Positions 38,655 through 51,800 of a DNA stretch of 64,000 bases are shown here, in pieces. The notes below the pieces were generated by a model that was not told the origin of the DNA, ran no database searches, and was given only the letters and a program-made list of their open reading frames with translations. The number at the start of each line of letters is the position of its first letter. Within the stretch, counting starts at the first letter, position 1. A program made the translations under genes and the position numbers. Source of the stretch: Eutreptiella sp. 'Long Island Sound 2002' (lineage: Eukaryota > Protista > Euglenida); NCBI GenBank assembly GCA_964036045.1, contig OZ038379.1, forward strand, positions 43,276,001 to 43,340,000, read 5' to 3'.

Positions 38655-41600
38655 TTAGGAGGCGTTAATTGCCCGCCCTGGTGACCCTCAAGGAGTCGAA
38701 TTTGTTACCCCGAACAAGGGTGTTTTTTTAGGGTCTGAAATGCAGGGGGGGGGGGGTCACTGTTTCAGTTTGTGTTTTAAAAGCCATTTTTTCAACCATA
38801 CCAATGTTCAATTTCCGAATAGTCAATTTCAACCCCCAAATCGGCGAAATTCCAAAATGAAGCGAAGTTTTGCCACTCTTTTGAAGTTGGCCGATATCAT
38901 ACCCGTTTTTCATGCATTTTTTGTCCAATGAGACGCGAAATTTCGTCACTCCTTCATTATTTGATGAATTCATGCCCTTATTGTGTATTTGCATTTATGT
39001 ATGTTGATTTGATTTGATTTGTATCGAAATTTGCGCCTTTGATGAATTATACGACCATGCTGGCGGTCTTGGTATGCAGTCTTTTCACTATTCTGAGGCA
39101 ATTATGTGATTCTTTGCTGCGAGGTGACCACAGGGCATGGATCCCGCACTGCTGAGGGTGGTTGTGGCAAGACGTGACTTTCAGAACGTTCTTCACCTCA
39201 TGAGGGATGTTGCCAATGGGGGCTGTGCAAGGTTTTTGGCCGTCGGGGCCTTGGCAATGTGAACAATCGACGTTCACGGATGGATCTTACACGGTTGCTG
39301 TTTGCGTATGGATTGCGGAAGAAGCCACATTGGTACATTGTTTTCTCAAATGACGTGATATGCTTGTGGCGACCTTTCAGAAAGATGGCAGCCCCTCATT
39401 CACAATCTTAGGATGCACCAATGCCTGTTTCAATTATGGGGTGGACCCACTGCATCCTGACCACTCCATAAATTGCACAGCTGTGGCTGTCTTGCATCTA
39501 CCAGCGCTACCGCCATTTCCGGGTCACGTCTCACTAATTCATGCTGTCCAGACAATCAGGGCACGTGTTGATGCTTTGCAACTACGTCATGCAGACTTGT
39601 TTCCGCGGGTTTATGCTCTTCGTGACATGATGCATTGTACCAACAGCCAGGTGCGGATGATGCGAGCGATGACGAGGACGATGGCCCTGAGGTGGCCTTG
39701 TTTGCAGTCCACAGCGACAGTGATAACAGTAGTGTGTCGGATGATGACGATATAGTAGCAATTCTAGATGAGGAGGAGGTTTTTGGACAGGTTCAACATG
39801 GGACTGACATACCTGTTGTCCTTACAATGTACCCGAAATTGTCCTTTCATTGTGGTCTTTTTGCATTGGATGGCGAAATTTCGCCACATATGGCATAATT
39901 GGTGTTTTTAGTATTGGATTTCCCATTTTTGCATTGAGACATAAAATTTCGCATAGTTTTGCCGTTTTGTATGTTTCAAGCCTGCCCGGTAAAGGGTATT
40001 GTCACGCTGCAGCCAGTCCTACCAACAATTCGCTACTGTTTCTTTGTCTGTGATCCCGACTTTGCTAATGTGATGTACTATCTTTTGCTGACAATATCAT
40101 GACGTGTGATTCAGAGTACAATATGCAATTTTCCTGGATTCCCCTTTGCACATACTATAAACTAGGGATAGTGGGTACCGAAAACAACAAATTGCCGCCG
40201 TGTGTCACTGAGATCCATGACCAGAGCACCCTTATTTCCTCCAAGCCCCCGTTGTCACGTCATCTGTACCCCCAAAATCAAATAACAATGTGCCTGTGGC
40301 CCCAGAGCCACCCTCATTGTCACAACCATCGCAGGGGTCCTCCGAGGGCCCCAGTCAACGGACGGCGCACACCCGTGCAAACAAGAAGGGACCTTCGAAA
40401 ACAGTCACTCTAGCAGATGCGGTCCACAACTCAGCGGTGTTATCCTACAAGGTCCTGCGGCTGGACGTGAACCGGGAGCATGGGCAAATCAGGTTGGTAA
40501 GTGCGACCCGACTGAAGCTGCGGCTGGATGATTTGGCAACGGTACCGCCCATGGGGATCATCAAACTTAGGAATCCTTAATTGCCCGCCCTGGTGACCCT
40601 CAAGAAGTCGAATTCGTTACCCCGAGCTGCGGTGTTTTTTTAGGGTCTGAAATGCAGGGGGGGGGGGGGGGGGGCGAGTCACTGTTTCAGCTTGTATTTT
40701 AAAAACCATTTTTTCAACCATACCAATGTTCAAATTCCGAACAGTCAATTTTAACCCCCAAATCGGCCAAATTCCAAAATGAAGCTAAATTTCGCCACTC
40801 CTTTGAAACTAGCCGATACCATACCACTTTTTCATGCATTTTTTCTCCAATGAGACGCGAAATTTCGTCACTCCTTCATTGTTTGATGAATTAACGCCTT
40901 TATTGTGTATTTGCATTTGTGTATGTTACTTTGATTTGCTTTGTGCCCCCAAATCAGCCAAATTCCAAAATGAAGCGAAGTTTTGCCACTCTTTTGAAAT
41001 TGGCCGATATCATCCCCCTTTTTCATGCATTTTTCGTCCAATGAGACGCAAAATTTCGTCACTCCCTCATTATTTGATGAATTAATGCCCTTATTGTGTA
41101 TTTGCATTTATGTATGTTACTTTGATTTGCTTTGTACCCCGAAATCAGCCAAATTACAAAATGAAGCTAAATTTCGCCACTTCTTTGAAATTGGCCGATA
41201 TCATACCCCCTTTTCATGCATTTTTTCTCCGATGAGACGCAAAATTTCGTCACTCCCTCATTTTTTGATGAATTAATGCCCTTACCGTGTATTTGCATTT
41301 GTGTATGTTACTTTGATTTGACTTGTACCGAAATTTGTGCCTTTGATGAATTTTATGAACATTCGGACAATCTTGGTATGCAATCTTTTCACTGTTTTGA
41401 GGCAATTATGACGTCACGTGACCACAGGACATGGATCCGGCACTGTCAAGGGTGGTGGTGGCAAGTCGCAGTAGCAAAGCCCAAGCAATGCCTACAAAAA
41501 GGGCTCGGTCACCCTCTGTTGAGGCTCCAGCGGCGCAGGATGATGAGCAGCAGACACAACACCAGAGTCAGCAGTTGGTCACGCCACACAAAGGAAATAC

Positions 41601-42424
41601 GCATCCACTGTTTGAGCCGAAAGGACAGTCACCGTCACTAGAGGGATTGCACATCTTTGCGAATTAGGTCAGTGGTGGGACTGCACCAGCAGCCCAGCCA
41701 CAACAGCAACCTGAGAAAGGAACGCACCTTGGGGAACAAACGACGACGGTGTTTTAGGTTTTGGTGACTGCAAAACCACCGTCCTCTGAGCAGCTCACTT
41801 GAATTTTAATTTGTGTCCCACTTTATTTGATTTCGTATTTTGGGTCACCCTTTGTGGGTGTTGGCACATGGAATTGCCTTTTGTAGGCAACATTTGGTTC
41901 TTTCTTTGATGCATGTTTTTGTATTGCTTGATTCTAAAGAGTTCCTTATGGTTCGAATTGTATGTTTGTGATATTTTGTATCTATCTTGTGCTGTGGCAA
42001 GCAGGCAATGCACTGAAAGTATTTCATACCTCACTATGCTGTATTTTGCCAAATGTGGCGAAATTTCGCGTCTCATTGAGATTTCCTTACAATGGAAGTC
42101 TGTTTCACCATACATCAGTGTACTGTTTCACAGTGTGTCATCTGTACACAACAAAACCCCTTATGTGGACAATGCAATTTGTCCTTGAGTGCTACTTCCT
42201 TGAATTTGAATGCCTGTTTTGCATGATTTGCAGTGTCCTCAATTACACGCAAAATGGTCCAATTGGACAATATGCAGCATGATTTCAGCAAAAAACTTCA
42301 TACGTTGTGCGCTGTGTGCAATTGGGGGGTAGTAATTCACCATTTTTTTCAACCCATGAATGGCCTTCATTTCGCAGCCCCCCCCCCCCACCCCCCCCCC
42401 CCCCGGGCAATTAAGGCCTCCTAA
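38655..42424. mobile_element. 3.77-kb non-autonomous TIR element (TTAGG...CCTAA ends), composite with a second left end at 40567
   Basis: 21-bp TIR TTAGGAGGCGTTAATTGCCCG (38655-38675) versus 42404-42424, with 1 mismatch. Direct repeat GGCAAGC lies at 38648-38654 and 42425-42431. The uninterrupted site GCACAAAGGCAAGCACGAAAA is present in the paralogous copy on the minus strand at about 48,925-48,945. Confidence 0.88.
40750..41330. repeat. 191-bp tandem triplication inside the TTAGG element
   Basis: CCCC(A/G)AATC(G/A)GCCAAATT(C/A)CAAAATGAAGC occurs at about 40755, 40947 and 41137. ORF-track peptides repeat at 40834, 41025 and 41216. Confidence 0.88.
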
Positions 42425-42609
42425 GGCAAGCACGAAAAACAAGGGGCAGGCAATCATCTGAAGGTGGAGTACTTCCAGCGCCAGCAACCACAAGAATACA
42501 CAAGAAAACACCCACATTCTACTCTCACAGCCGGCGTGTTCGAGTGGGCAGGGGACAAAGAGGTGCATGCAAATGATCAATGGTACCAAGGCTGTCCCTG
42601 CTCCCCCAT

Positions 42610-43950
42610 TGCTTTATTGCTGTCCAAATAGACAACTTCATCAGACATGCCCGTTAGTTGCAGGGCTCTCCGGTCAATGACACCTATGTGGAAAAAGAGA
42701 ACGGTGGTGGGAAGGGCACAGTGGGCAAGTCATGTGGTCGAGGGTTTAATGGTTTAAGGGGGAGCTGACAACCGTTGAAGACATATCTTTTGCGAAGAAA
42801 GGGATTTCTAGGGATTGCTTGGTGTTTTGTTGCCCGCTTGGGCAAGCCGCACGGACGAACATCCGTAGGCAGGATCCCTAGGGGGCCAGATAAATCCGGG
42901 GTTTTTTTTTGTTCAAAAGACAAAATTTGTCCTCGGCGTTTCCGCCGCAATAGTACCGAAACGAAAAGGCTATCGCCGGTGATTTGGAAAAACTTGGATG
43001 AAAAATTCCTGTTGAAAGTAACATACGAGCAAACTGATTTGCAAACTGTGTCGGCACCAAAACGAGTGTGAACATCTAGGCGAAAACGCTCATAGCACCA
43101 GCACCAATTTGTTTGCGAAAATCATCGACACATACAAGCACGTACAGATGACCACCAACTGTATTTCAAGGGTCTCAAGCCTGACGTAAAATGTCTACAA
43201 TGACACCATCAAATCTCGGGTAAAACTTCTATGATTCCCATGTGGACAACTTGTAGCAAATATGCCTAGTGTTGCCGCTGTATATAACTAGGAAACAAAA
43301 CTCAACTACCACAAATTACTACCACCACACAATTGTGTGATGATAAGAAACCCACAGAAATTGATGTTGGCGATGCACAACATCGAAATGTACATGTTTT
43401 TCACCAACTCTGAGTGACATCCACCATCAAATGATTCCAGCAAAATGTCAAGATCGCCATGTAAACCTGTGGTGACCTTGTGATGATGGTCACACTTCGG
43501 TATGCCGGGCACATGGACTATTTCAATCAAAACAAGTGACAAGCTCAAGTGCAGTAGAACAACGTCCATGTAAAAATGTATCAAGGAACTAGGAGGTGGA
43601 ATATGGTGTTGACTATCATTTTGGGCCATCCCAAAGAGTATGCACTTCTTCCTCGTGGGCCCGCCATTACAAGGGGCACGAGCAGTGGTGCCGAAGCTGG
43701 CAAGTGGAGCTAAACTAGGCTGCAAATGGCACGGGGTACCGTGATGTGTATGAGGGGCGCCTCCAGCTCTGTGGACGCAACCATGAGCGCCACACCACAC
43801 GCCTCGCCGCGGACATCGTTGCCCGGCCCCCAAAGGGGCAGTGGGCACATCTCTGGGTGTCACGAAGCAAAATATGGTGGTGCAATTCGTTGCGCCGCTT
43901 GTGCTGGATGCGCTTGAGCGGCTCGTGCATGAAGTTGGGGGATCAATCTA
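42610..43950 (+). repeat. ~1.35-kb diverged direct repeat, copy 1 (decayed ORF remnants)
   Basis: Collinear with 44985-46340. GCTGTCCAAATAG...GGGAAGGGCACAG and GGCAAGTGGAGCTAA...GAAGTTGGGGGATCAATCT occur in both. Confidence 0.85.
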
Positions 43951-44039
43951 CGCGGTGACCTCCCAGGAGGCACCCGCGGTTCCTCCAGATTGGTGTGGCC
44001 GCCGTGGAGCTAGCTGGTCCTGTCGTAAGGGCGAAGCTA

Positions 44040-44945
44040 GCGGATCCAGCCTAATCTCGGCAAGCGACCTTTGAATGTTGGTTGAGTGCCTCTGCTCAAG
44101 GTGGCAGGCTCTCTCACGTTATTTTGGCTCGGCCTACACACCACCCGCATGATTGTTCCTCGCTCAACACGCCGATAGGAGAAAAGCTTACTCCCGGTGG
44201 CCCGTTTGGCTAGCGACAGCAGATATAGCAACCCTTCGGCACCCTTGGGTGTGGAGCATGGCCGGCTCGCAAGCATTGGCCAATATTGTAACACAGTGAT
44301 CTCCAACATGGGCACAACGGGGCGATTTGCAACAGGCAGACCGCCCCCATTTAGCCCCCCCTCCCCGGCGGCGTCTTTGTAGTGTTGTTGCCACCGGCAC
44401 GTCTGGCGAGTAGGCCCGACGGGGTCATGTTGCATATGAAAGGAGTGCATGTCCTCCATGTGCCAGCCTCTAAAAATGGCGCATAAAGAAGCGGTCCGTG
44501 CCCCATAGGCGCAGGCACGCCGCCAACAATATGCGTCAACTTTGGGGATCTCGTTTTGCAAGGCCAAGCGGGGAACTTGCACGGCCTATTGTAGGTTGCC
44601 GAAAAGGTGGCTTTGCCCACAAACCTACGCAAAAGAAGACTTTCGAGCTGAACGACAGAAGGACGGAGAAGAGCACCACCAACCAAACCACTTGCACCAC
44701 TAACCCTAAACGCACGCCGGAGAGGCAATGTCCCCATGTCAGAAGGAACGCTATAGTTGGTCTCCCTAGCCAAACCAGCCATACGTAGTAAGCTTTTCTC
44801 CTATGGGCGTGTTGAGCGAGGAACAATCATGCGGGTCGTGCATAGGCCAAGCCAAAACAACGAGAGAGAACCTGCCACCTTAAGCAGAGGCACTCAACTA
44901 ATATCGAAAGGTCGCTTGTTGAGACTCGCTCCGATCCCCCACCTT
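44040..44945. repeat. Foldback: ~210-bp inverted arms around a ~480-bp spacer
   Basis: About 44040-44260 versus 44730-44945. The peptide SKLFSY.RVERGTIMRVV.RPSQNN.REPATLSRGTQ appears on opposite strands in the ORF track. Confidence 0.85.
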
Positions 44946-44984
44946 CGCCTGTAGCACGTGACTAGCAAAAATGCTCATGGTCCC

Positions 44985-46340
44985 CCATGTCTTTAGTGCT
45001 GTCCAAATAGGCACCTTCATCGGACGCGCACGTTACTTACGGGGCTCTCCGGTCAACGAAACATGTGTGACAAAAGAGAACAGTGGTGGGAAGGGCACAG
45101 TTGGCAAGTCATGTGGTCGAGTGTTTAATGGTTTACGGGTGAGCTGACAACCGTTGGAGACATAACTTTTCCGAAAAAAGGGATTTCTCGGGCTTTGTAT
45201 CGTTGCTTGGTGTGTTCCTACCCGCTTGGGCAAGCAGAACGGCCGAACATCCATAGGGAGGATCCCGCGGGGGCCAAATAAATCCTAGGCGGTTTTTTGT
45301 TTGGACAAAATTTGTCCTCTGTGTTTTGGGCGCAATGATTCCGAAACGTAACGGCTATCGCCGGTGATGTGGAAAAAATCCCCAGGGATTGTAAAGTGCG
45401 AAGCAAAGGGATTTGCAACATGTGTTGGCACGAAAACGAGTGTGAACATCTAGGCGAAAATGCTCATAACATCAACATCAATTTGTTTGGGAAAATCATG
45501 GAAACACATAAGCATGTACGCATGACCACCAACTATACTTCAACAGTCTCGGGCTGGAGGTAAAACGTCTACAATGACACCATCAAATCAAATTAGTTAA
45601 AACTTCTGCGATTCCTGTGTGGACAACATCTAGCAAATATGCAATCATAATGTAACTAGTGTTGCCGCTGTATGTAACGAGGGAAAAAAAACTCAGCTAC
45701 CACAAAATACTACCACCACACAATTGTGTGATGATAAGAAGCCCAAAGAAGTTGATGTTGGCGATGCACAACATCGAAATACACATGTTTTTCACCAACT
45801 CCGAGTGACATCCACCATCAAATGCCTCCACCAAAATGTTTGGAGCGGCATGTAAACGTTCTGGTGACCTTGTGATGACGGTCACACAGTGTTATGCGGG
45901 GCACATGGGCTACTTCAATCAAAACAATTGACAAGCTCAAGTGCGGTACAACAATGTCCATGTAAAGATCTATCAAGGAACTCGGAGGTGGAATATGGTG
46001 TTGACTATCACTGAGGGCCATCCCAAAGAGTGTGCACGTCTTCCTCGTGGGCCCGCCATTACAAGGGGCACGAGCAGTGGTGCCGAAGCTGGCAAGTGGA
46101 GCTAATCTAGGCTCCAAATGGCACGGGGTAGCGTGCTGTGTATCAGGGGCTATGTGTCCTTGGAGGCAACCATGAGTGCCACACCACACGCCTCGCCTGG
46201 GACATCGTTACCCAGCCCCCAAAAGGGGCACCAGGCAAATCTCTGGGTGTCACGAAGCAAAGTGTGGCGGCGCAATTCGTTGCGCCGCTTGTGCTGGATG
46301 CGCTTGAGCAGCTCCCGCATGAAGTTGGGGGATCAATCTG
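44985..46340 (+). repeat. ~1.35-kb diverged direct repeat, copy 2
   Basis: Collinear with 42610-43950 at an offset of about 2.38 kb. Confidence 0.85.
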
Positions 46341-46752
46341 CCCCACGACCACCCAAGAGCACCGGCCATTGCGGAACAGTCCACGTAGCAAGCAAATAGC
46401 AAGGAGCGCACACACCCCTAGCCCTATTTTTGGCAGCACGCCGATGTGGTCCCCATGCACCAGCACTTTCGGGGCTTTTGGCTGGGCCATGGTTATATCG
46501 AGCTACTCCTACTACAAGGGCCGAGTGGCCACAAAGTGGGTCGGGTACAAGCTTAAAAGGAACTGGTGCGTGCCTTTGGGGAGGCGCACTGGCATCATGC
46601 CCGCCTCGTGCACGCATGCACAACACTTCTACGGCACGCCTAATGTGGATGTGCACCAGATCCTTGTCCCCCATCGCCCAACACACAAGGGGCAAGATAA
46701 GTGGCCTTATGCCACTGCCGAATGCAGGAGTTGCAACATTGCACAATGTTTT

Positions 46753-48365
46753 TCAGTTGGTTGCACGCGCAAAGCACGAGAGGCACATAGTGCGTAGGGG
46801 ACCCCGTGCGCCCTTGGCAGACGAACCGGCACTACCGGGCACGCGGGGGGGGGGGGGGGGGTGGCGGGGGGCTACGCACCGAGCGGTACTTTTGTTGCCT
46901 ACTGGCCCAATGTCTTGGAAGGCACGCAATCGCAAAATGGTGTGCGAGGTGGACACTGGAATGGACCTCCACTCTATTGCGTTCAACACAGCCTCGTCCA
47001 CATCATACGCGGCAGGGTTGGAAGAGGTAGAGGGGACAGTTGATGGGTTACGAAGGTCAGAAGAGGAGCTACTGGCAAGTTCACCTGGCGGCTCCAAATC
47101 CTCGTCCTCACTTTCTTCGTCCTCACCCTCCAACTCAACCCGATACACATCGCCAATGTCGGCGTGACGTGTTGCCCTCTTGGAAACAAACCAAAAACCT
47201 TGAATGTCCAATTGAACCTCTGCCTGTCCATCCTCTTCCAAAGAAATTGGCCAATCCTTGACCGCAGCAAACCCAATCAAACCACCATCTTCCACCTCAA
47301 GCGCATGCCCTTGCTTCCGTTTGCGCGGGCGGAAAGGGGTCTTTCGCAAATCATCAAAAACCTCAAAGGGCCCCCAATCCTCTGGTGCCACCCCATTGCA
47401 CCTTACCCACAGCGTCTCACACTTGCGCTCCGTGGTTTGGCCAAAGTCCGTAGCCGTGACGTAGCTAAACACTCTCTCACACGAACACGAGCTTGCGTCA
47501 ACCCAATCCTCCACTGTAGCACTAGCATCCCACTCAGTTCCCTTGAATCGTGTTTGCAAGTCTTCAATCAAGCTGCGAAGAAACTTCATCCGGCTACCCT
47601 TGATGAGGCCACTTCCTATGTCAACACCCAACCATTCCTCCCACCCCTCTGAAATGAGGTGACGCGTGGTGTGCAACGGCTGTGTGCACATTACGTTCAT
47701 CAAACCCTGGACGCCCCCATCCGGGAGAGTGTGCCCCAACACAAACACGTGGTTTGTGCGTCCCATTCCTTTTTAGCACAAGGTCTAGAGGGTCACCTAA
47801 CACCGCGCGTATCCTTTTCGCCACCGCTTCTGTTACCCCAGGTGCGGCGACCAGTGCCCCCTTTGTCGCTTCAACTTTCTTGCTTGTGGCACAAACCACA
47901 GCAAAAACATCGCAAAAAAACGCCGCCGTGAACTTGAAGAGGGGGGGCGAAAGTGCATCAAACAAGCCTTGGGGCTTCTCCCTACGCCCCAGGGCAGCCT
48001 CATGATTAATGTACTGGGGGAGGTGTTCGAGAACAGCAGGCAGATTCTCTAGCACAATATCCAGCTTGTGGATCGAGCTCGTCAAGTTCCCATATGGTCA
48101 ACAAAGGATTGCCCCAACACATAGTAGACGTGATGCAAAGATTTCCAAAAAAAGAAATCGAATTTCCGAACATTTCACGCTGCCACCGAGCCTTAACAAC
48201 GACAAACTTGAGTACTCTTTGTATAGGGGCCGGCGTGGTGGGTGCGTGGGCCAGCTCGAGTTCTAGTGTCTTCCCTTTTGGCCTCTCACCTATGCTACAC
48301 GGTGGCCCAAAGGGAAGGACCAGATGGAAGTCTTTCTCTTCTAGGCTTGCCTGCGTGCCTCCCAC
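46753..48365 (-). pseudogene. hAT-superfamily transposase remnant (C-terminal half, frameshifted, 5'-truncated)
   Basis: Motifs run in hAT order across three frames: GTQASLEEKDFHLV; LDIVLENLPAVLEHL...LFDALSPPLFKFTAAFFCDVFAV; FLRSLIEDLQTRF; and the dimerisation-domain motif SSCSCERVFS (about 47464-47493), followed by LWVRCNG...FDDLRK. The N-terminal catalytic region and TIRs were not found. Confidence 0.75.
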
Positions 48366-48819
48366 GTGTCATACGTTGATGACCCGCGGGCGGGCGTGCC
48401 TTTAGCGTTGCGTCTTGGTGGGAGGAAGAGGGGGAAATTGCATGAGTGGACTAAAGTTGTGTCCGAAGCCATTTTTAGGAAGCATGGTTTCAGTGTGAGC
48501 GGGGAGAAGTGTAAGCTTATGGAACGTGTCAGCTGTGCCACCGGCGATGGAACATTCCGGTGGTCGAACGCTGCGCACCGGATTTGATTGAAAAAGCCAT
48601 TGCTCTTGTTCATGTTGAATTGTGCAGGGTGTGAGGTAGGGTTCGGATGCTATCCTGCAACACATGTTGGGCTAGGATCATATGGTTGTGCGCTTATACA
48701 AATTTGGGGCTAGGGACTCAGGTTTGAACAATTGGGAACACCGGGGCGAAGGCATGTAATGTCCGCGACCTCTTTTGAAAATACCAGGATCTGGATCAAC
48801 TTTTTTTTTTGCGTTAAGG

Positions 48820-51800
48820 ACCCCCTTGCCGCTCGAACACGCCGGCTGTGAGCGTAGAATGTGGGTATTTCTTGTCGGTGCTAGCAATGGAAGTACTGCA
48901 CGTTCCGATGATTGCTTGCCCCTTCTTTTTCGTGCTTGCCTTTGTGCATGTTTTGCTGTGCGGGCCGGTTCTGCAGCAATACAGTACGCCATGAAGGAGC
49001 CAAGGGTGCAGCAATGCAAGTAAGGATTGCATCACACGGCATGGCGGGAAAATAATTTGCCCAATAAATGCACACTTTCAATCCTTTGCCTCTTTTGCTG
49101 CCGCATTTTGCGTTTCGCGGTGCTAGAATTTGGAATAGATGCCACGTCATGATGGGCACACACCGCAAGGGGTCAAGTCCGAGTACACAGGACCACGCCC
49201 ATCTGAACCCCGCAAGCAGTACTCCCCATCCGCAGGGCCACATGAAAATTGGCCATGCAAGCCCCACAAACGAACAACACAGCTCAGGCGTGTGACCATG
49301 CCGCCTATGGTAGGACCAAGTAGTTGAAGGTTGGCGGCTCCCTTTGCTTCCCTTGTTGTGCTCTTTCCTCCCCACCTCCGTTGGTTTATCGGTTCTCCCA
49401 CGTCTTTGGTTTTCGATCACGTTGGAGGGAGGTATGGGAGGGGTGTCAGAGTGGGTGGTGTAGAAACTACTTTCTCAAGGGGTTTCTCATCGTCCATCTC
49501 CCGTGGAGAGGGAGGGGCATCACTCGAGCCACAACGCAGGTACCTCCCAGCGTGCCACGTCGTCGGGGACGAGACCACACCCCCCCCCCCCCCATCGCCA
49601 ACTCCCCCCACGTGTGTACTCCACCTTGCCACCCACACCTGCAGCCAAGCCACGTCAGGTCTCCCCACCGTCGTAGGCCACCCCGCCACCCAAGATCGCA
49701 CCAATAGATGCCAAAATAGCCTCGCCTAGTCCATGGAACGTGTCCATGGGTATTTTCGTATTTTGATGTTTTGGGGGGGGGGGGGGCAAGGTAGTTGTTT
49801 GTTGTGCCTCAGATGGTGCAAGTAGCTCTCTTGCAAGTGGGAAATCCTGTTTCCCACTCTCACTTTCAAATGCAGTGCCGAGAGGGCACGTACTTTGCCC
49901 CACCCGTGTGCCACCCCTGCTGCCCTCATGGTTTGTGTGCCGTGCGCTCGGACCACAGTGTCTCGTCTGTTCACACATGCTTAGACTTCATTGTTGCCCT
50001 TGTGGACGTCGTTGCTTCTAGCGCACCCCCACCCACCACCACCACCCCAACACACCCGCCCCCTCGTGAGAGGACCCTCTCGGTTTAGCCCAAATACGGT
50101 CTCGCTTACTATCAGCGTCGGACCCAAACCCAAAGTAGCCTGGCAACGGGCCACGGTGCTATCCCTATCAACATGCACTGGCTGCCTAGCCTTTTTTTTT
50201 GTTTGTGTCCTCTTTCGCGGCTGTGTGCGCTATGAATAGGTCACAGTTGCTATGCAATTCCTATTGGCCGACCGCCATTAGCTGTTGTGGGAGTGGGGTA
50301 TTTGAACGTGTTTAGTGCCCTAAGGCCCGGAAACACGTGGTGCGGGACATGTTCATGCGCGAACCCGTATCCATTCAGGAAGGACCGTGCACAAAGTTTG
50401 CGTGCACCTACGGGCTGTTCCATGTTTCTCCAATGCAACCGGTGTTGCGGAGTCTCAACGGTGCCATCAGCCGTATGTGTAGCGTCATTGGGCGCGTGCA
50501 ACCCCCTGCATATGCAAATATACTCTTTGAGTATCTAAGTAGTGTGGGCAAACGATACTAGTTTATGGGGTTGCCTGGTGACTCTAGGCAATATTGCTCG
50601 TTAGTGCGCCGCCGCTTCCGGAGTGACGTGTCGCTGCCAAGCCATGAGGCACATCATCCTGCGTCGGAGCTCGCGTAAGACCTTGCTGTTCCTTTGCCTT
50701 ACCATGTTTTGTTGCCCTCCATTTGTCATTTTGTCGTTCCAATTGACAATAGCAGCCTGCAAATAACTACCAAGGAATGGGGCATTGGGGGCATGGTTCA
50801 TGTGTTCCTCATGCACCTTGTCCTAGAATACAGCGAGGAAGGCCGCACACATACTCTCTATTGTCATCTGTCACGGAAAAAGGTATCCAGCTTCATTGGT
50901 GAACCATAGGCTGCAGAGATGAGGTAGAGGAGAAGGATCTTACGCATGGCGAGCGATTCACCCGCCTAACGCCCACCGTTGTGGCCCAAAGTATTGGACA
51001 GAGATTGCACCCTGAAATGTATGTGAAATTCCTTAGGTGTTGTGCCCGGCAGTCTAGAGTCGGGGTTTTCATGGAACAGGTTGTGGTGATGGCTTGTTTG
51101 GTTAGGGGCCCCACCACAAAAGCGTGCTACAAACGCCGTTTCGAAAAGTTTCCATGGACCCCTCCCCCCTTTGGCATACCTAAAATCGCGGCTTTGAAAA
51201 ACTATAGGGGAAAACACACATATGACTAAAAAACAAAACCCTGTCAAATGGTAAAATGAACATTTGTGGTCTCTACATCTAGCTTTTTTGTTTCTTTTTG
51301 CAATACTAAACATAGGTAATACAATAGGGCCCCACTTTTTTGAAAGCGTGCACACTACTGCTGGACCCCCCCTTCACCTCTGTCGTGTGTCATAAGATAG
51401 AACAAGTGAATCAAATACCTTCTTCAAACACATGCCCACATTGACACAGATCGGGCAAGAAAGCAGTTTTTTTGCAATACTGTGAGATTAGCAATTCGGA
51501 GGAAATCATCATCTCAGCACAATCACTTTGTACTGCACATCATAAAAGTAGCAACATACATGTATGGTAAAATGAAGTTTTACTCCTGGAGATATATTTG
51601 ACACGCCTGTTTTGGAAATGGGCAATGTGCATGCAGGTGAACCAAATGTAACAAAAAGGGAAGGTGTGACACAAATTGGCAACAAAACATCACGAAGGGC
51701 ACCACACGGAATTCCTCGTGCAATCAAACGTCCACAAAAGTAAGCAAACATACGAATCGGAGTAAAGAATACCAATCACTACTTCCCTCTTGAGCACGAG

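Larger units (their letters stand above)
32745..42570. mobile_element. Large decayed repeat family, copy 1 (about 6 kb of family sequence, split by the insertion at 38655-42424)
   Basis: Segment-wise similarity to 48820-55355 in mixed orientation, seen both in DNA and in matching ORF-track peptides (for example LSYAALAVGVV, MLLHPNHFMIGFWQMAY, TPIR.FAYF.GR, HAPN.ATHTADGT.ETPQHRLHWR). Superfamily not identified. Confidence 0.7.
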
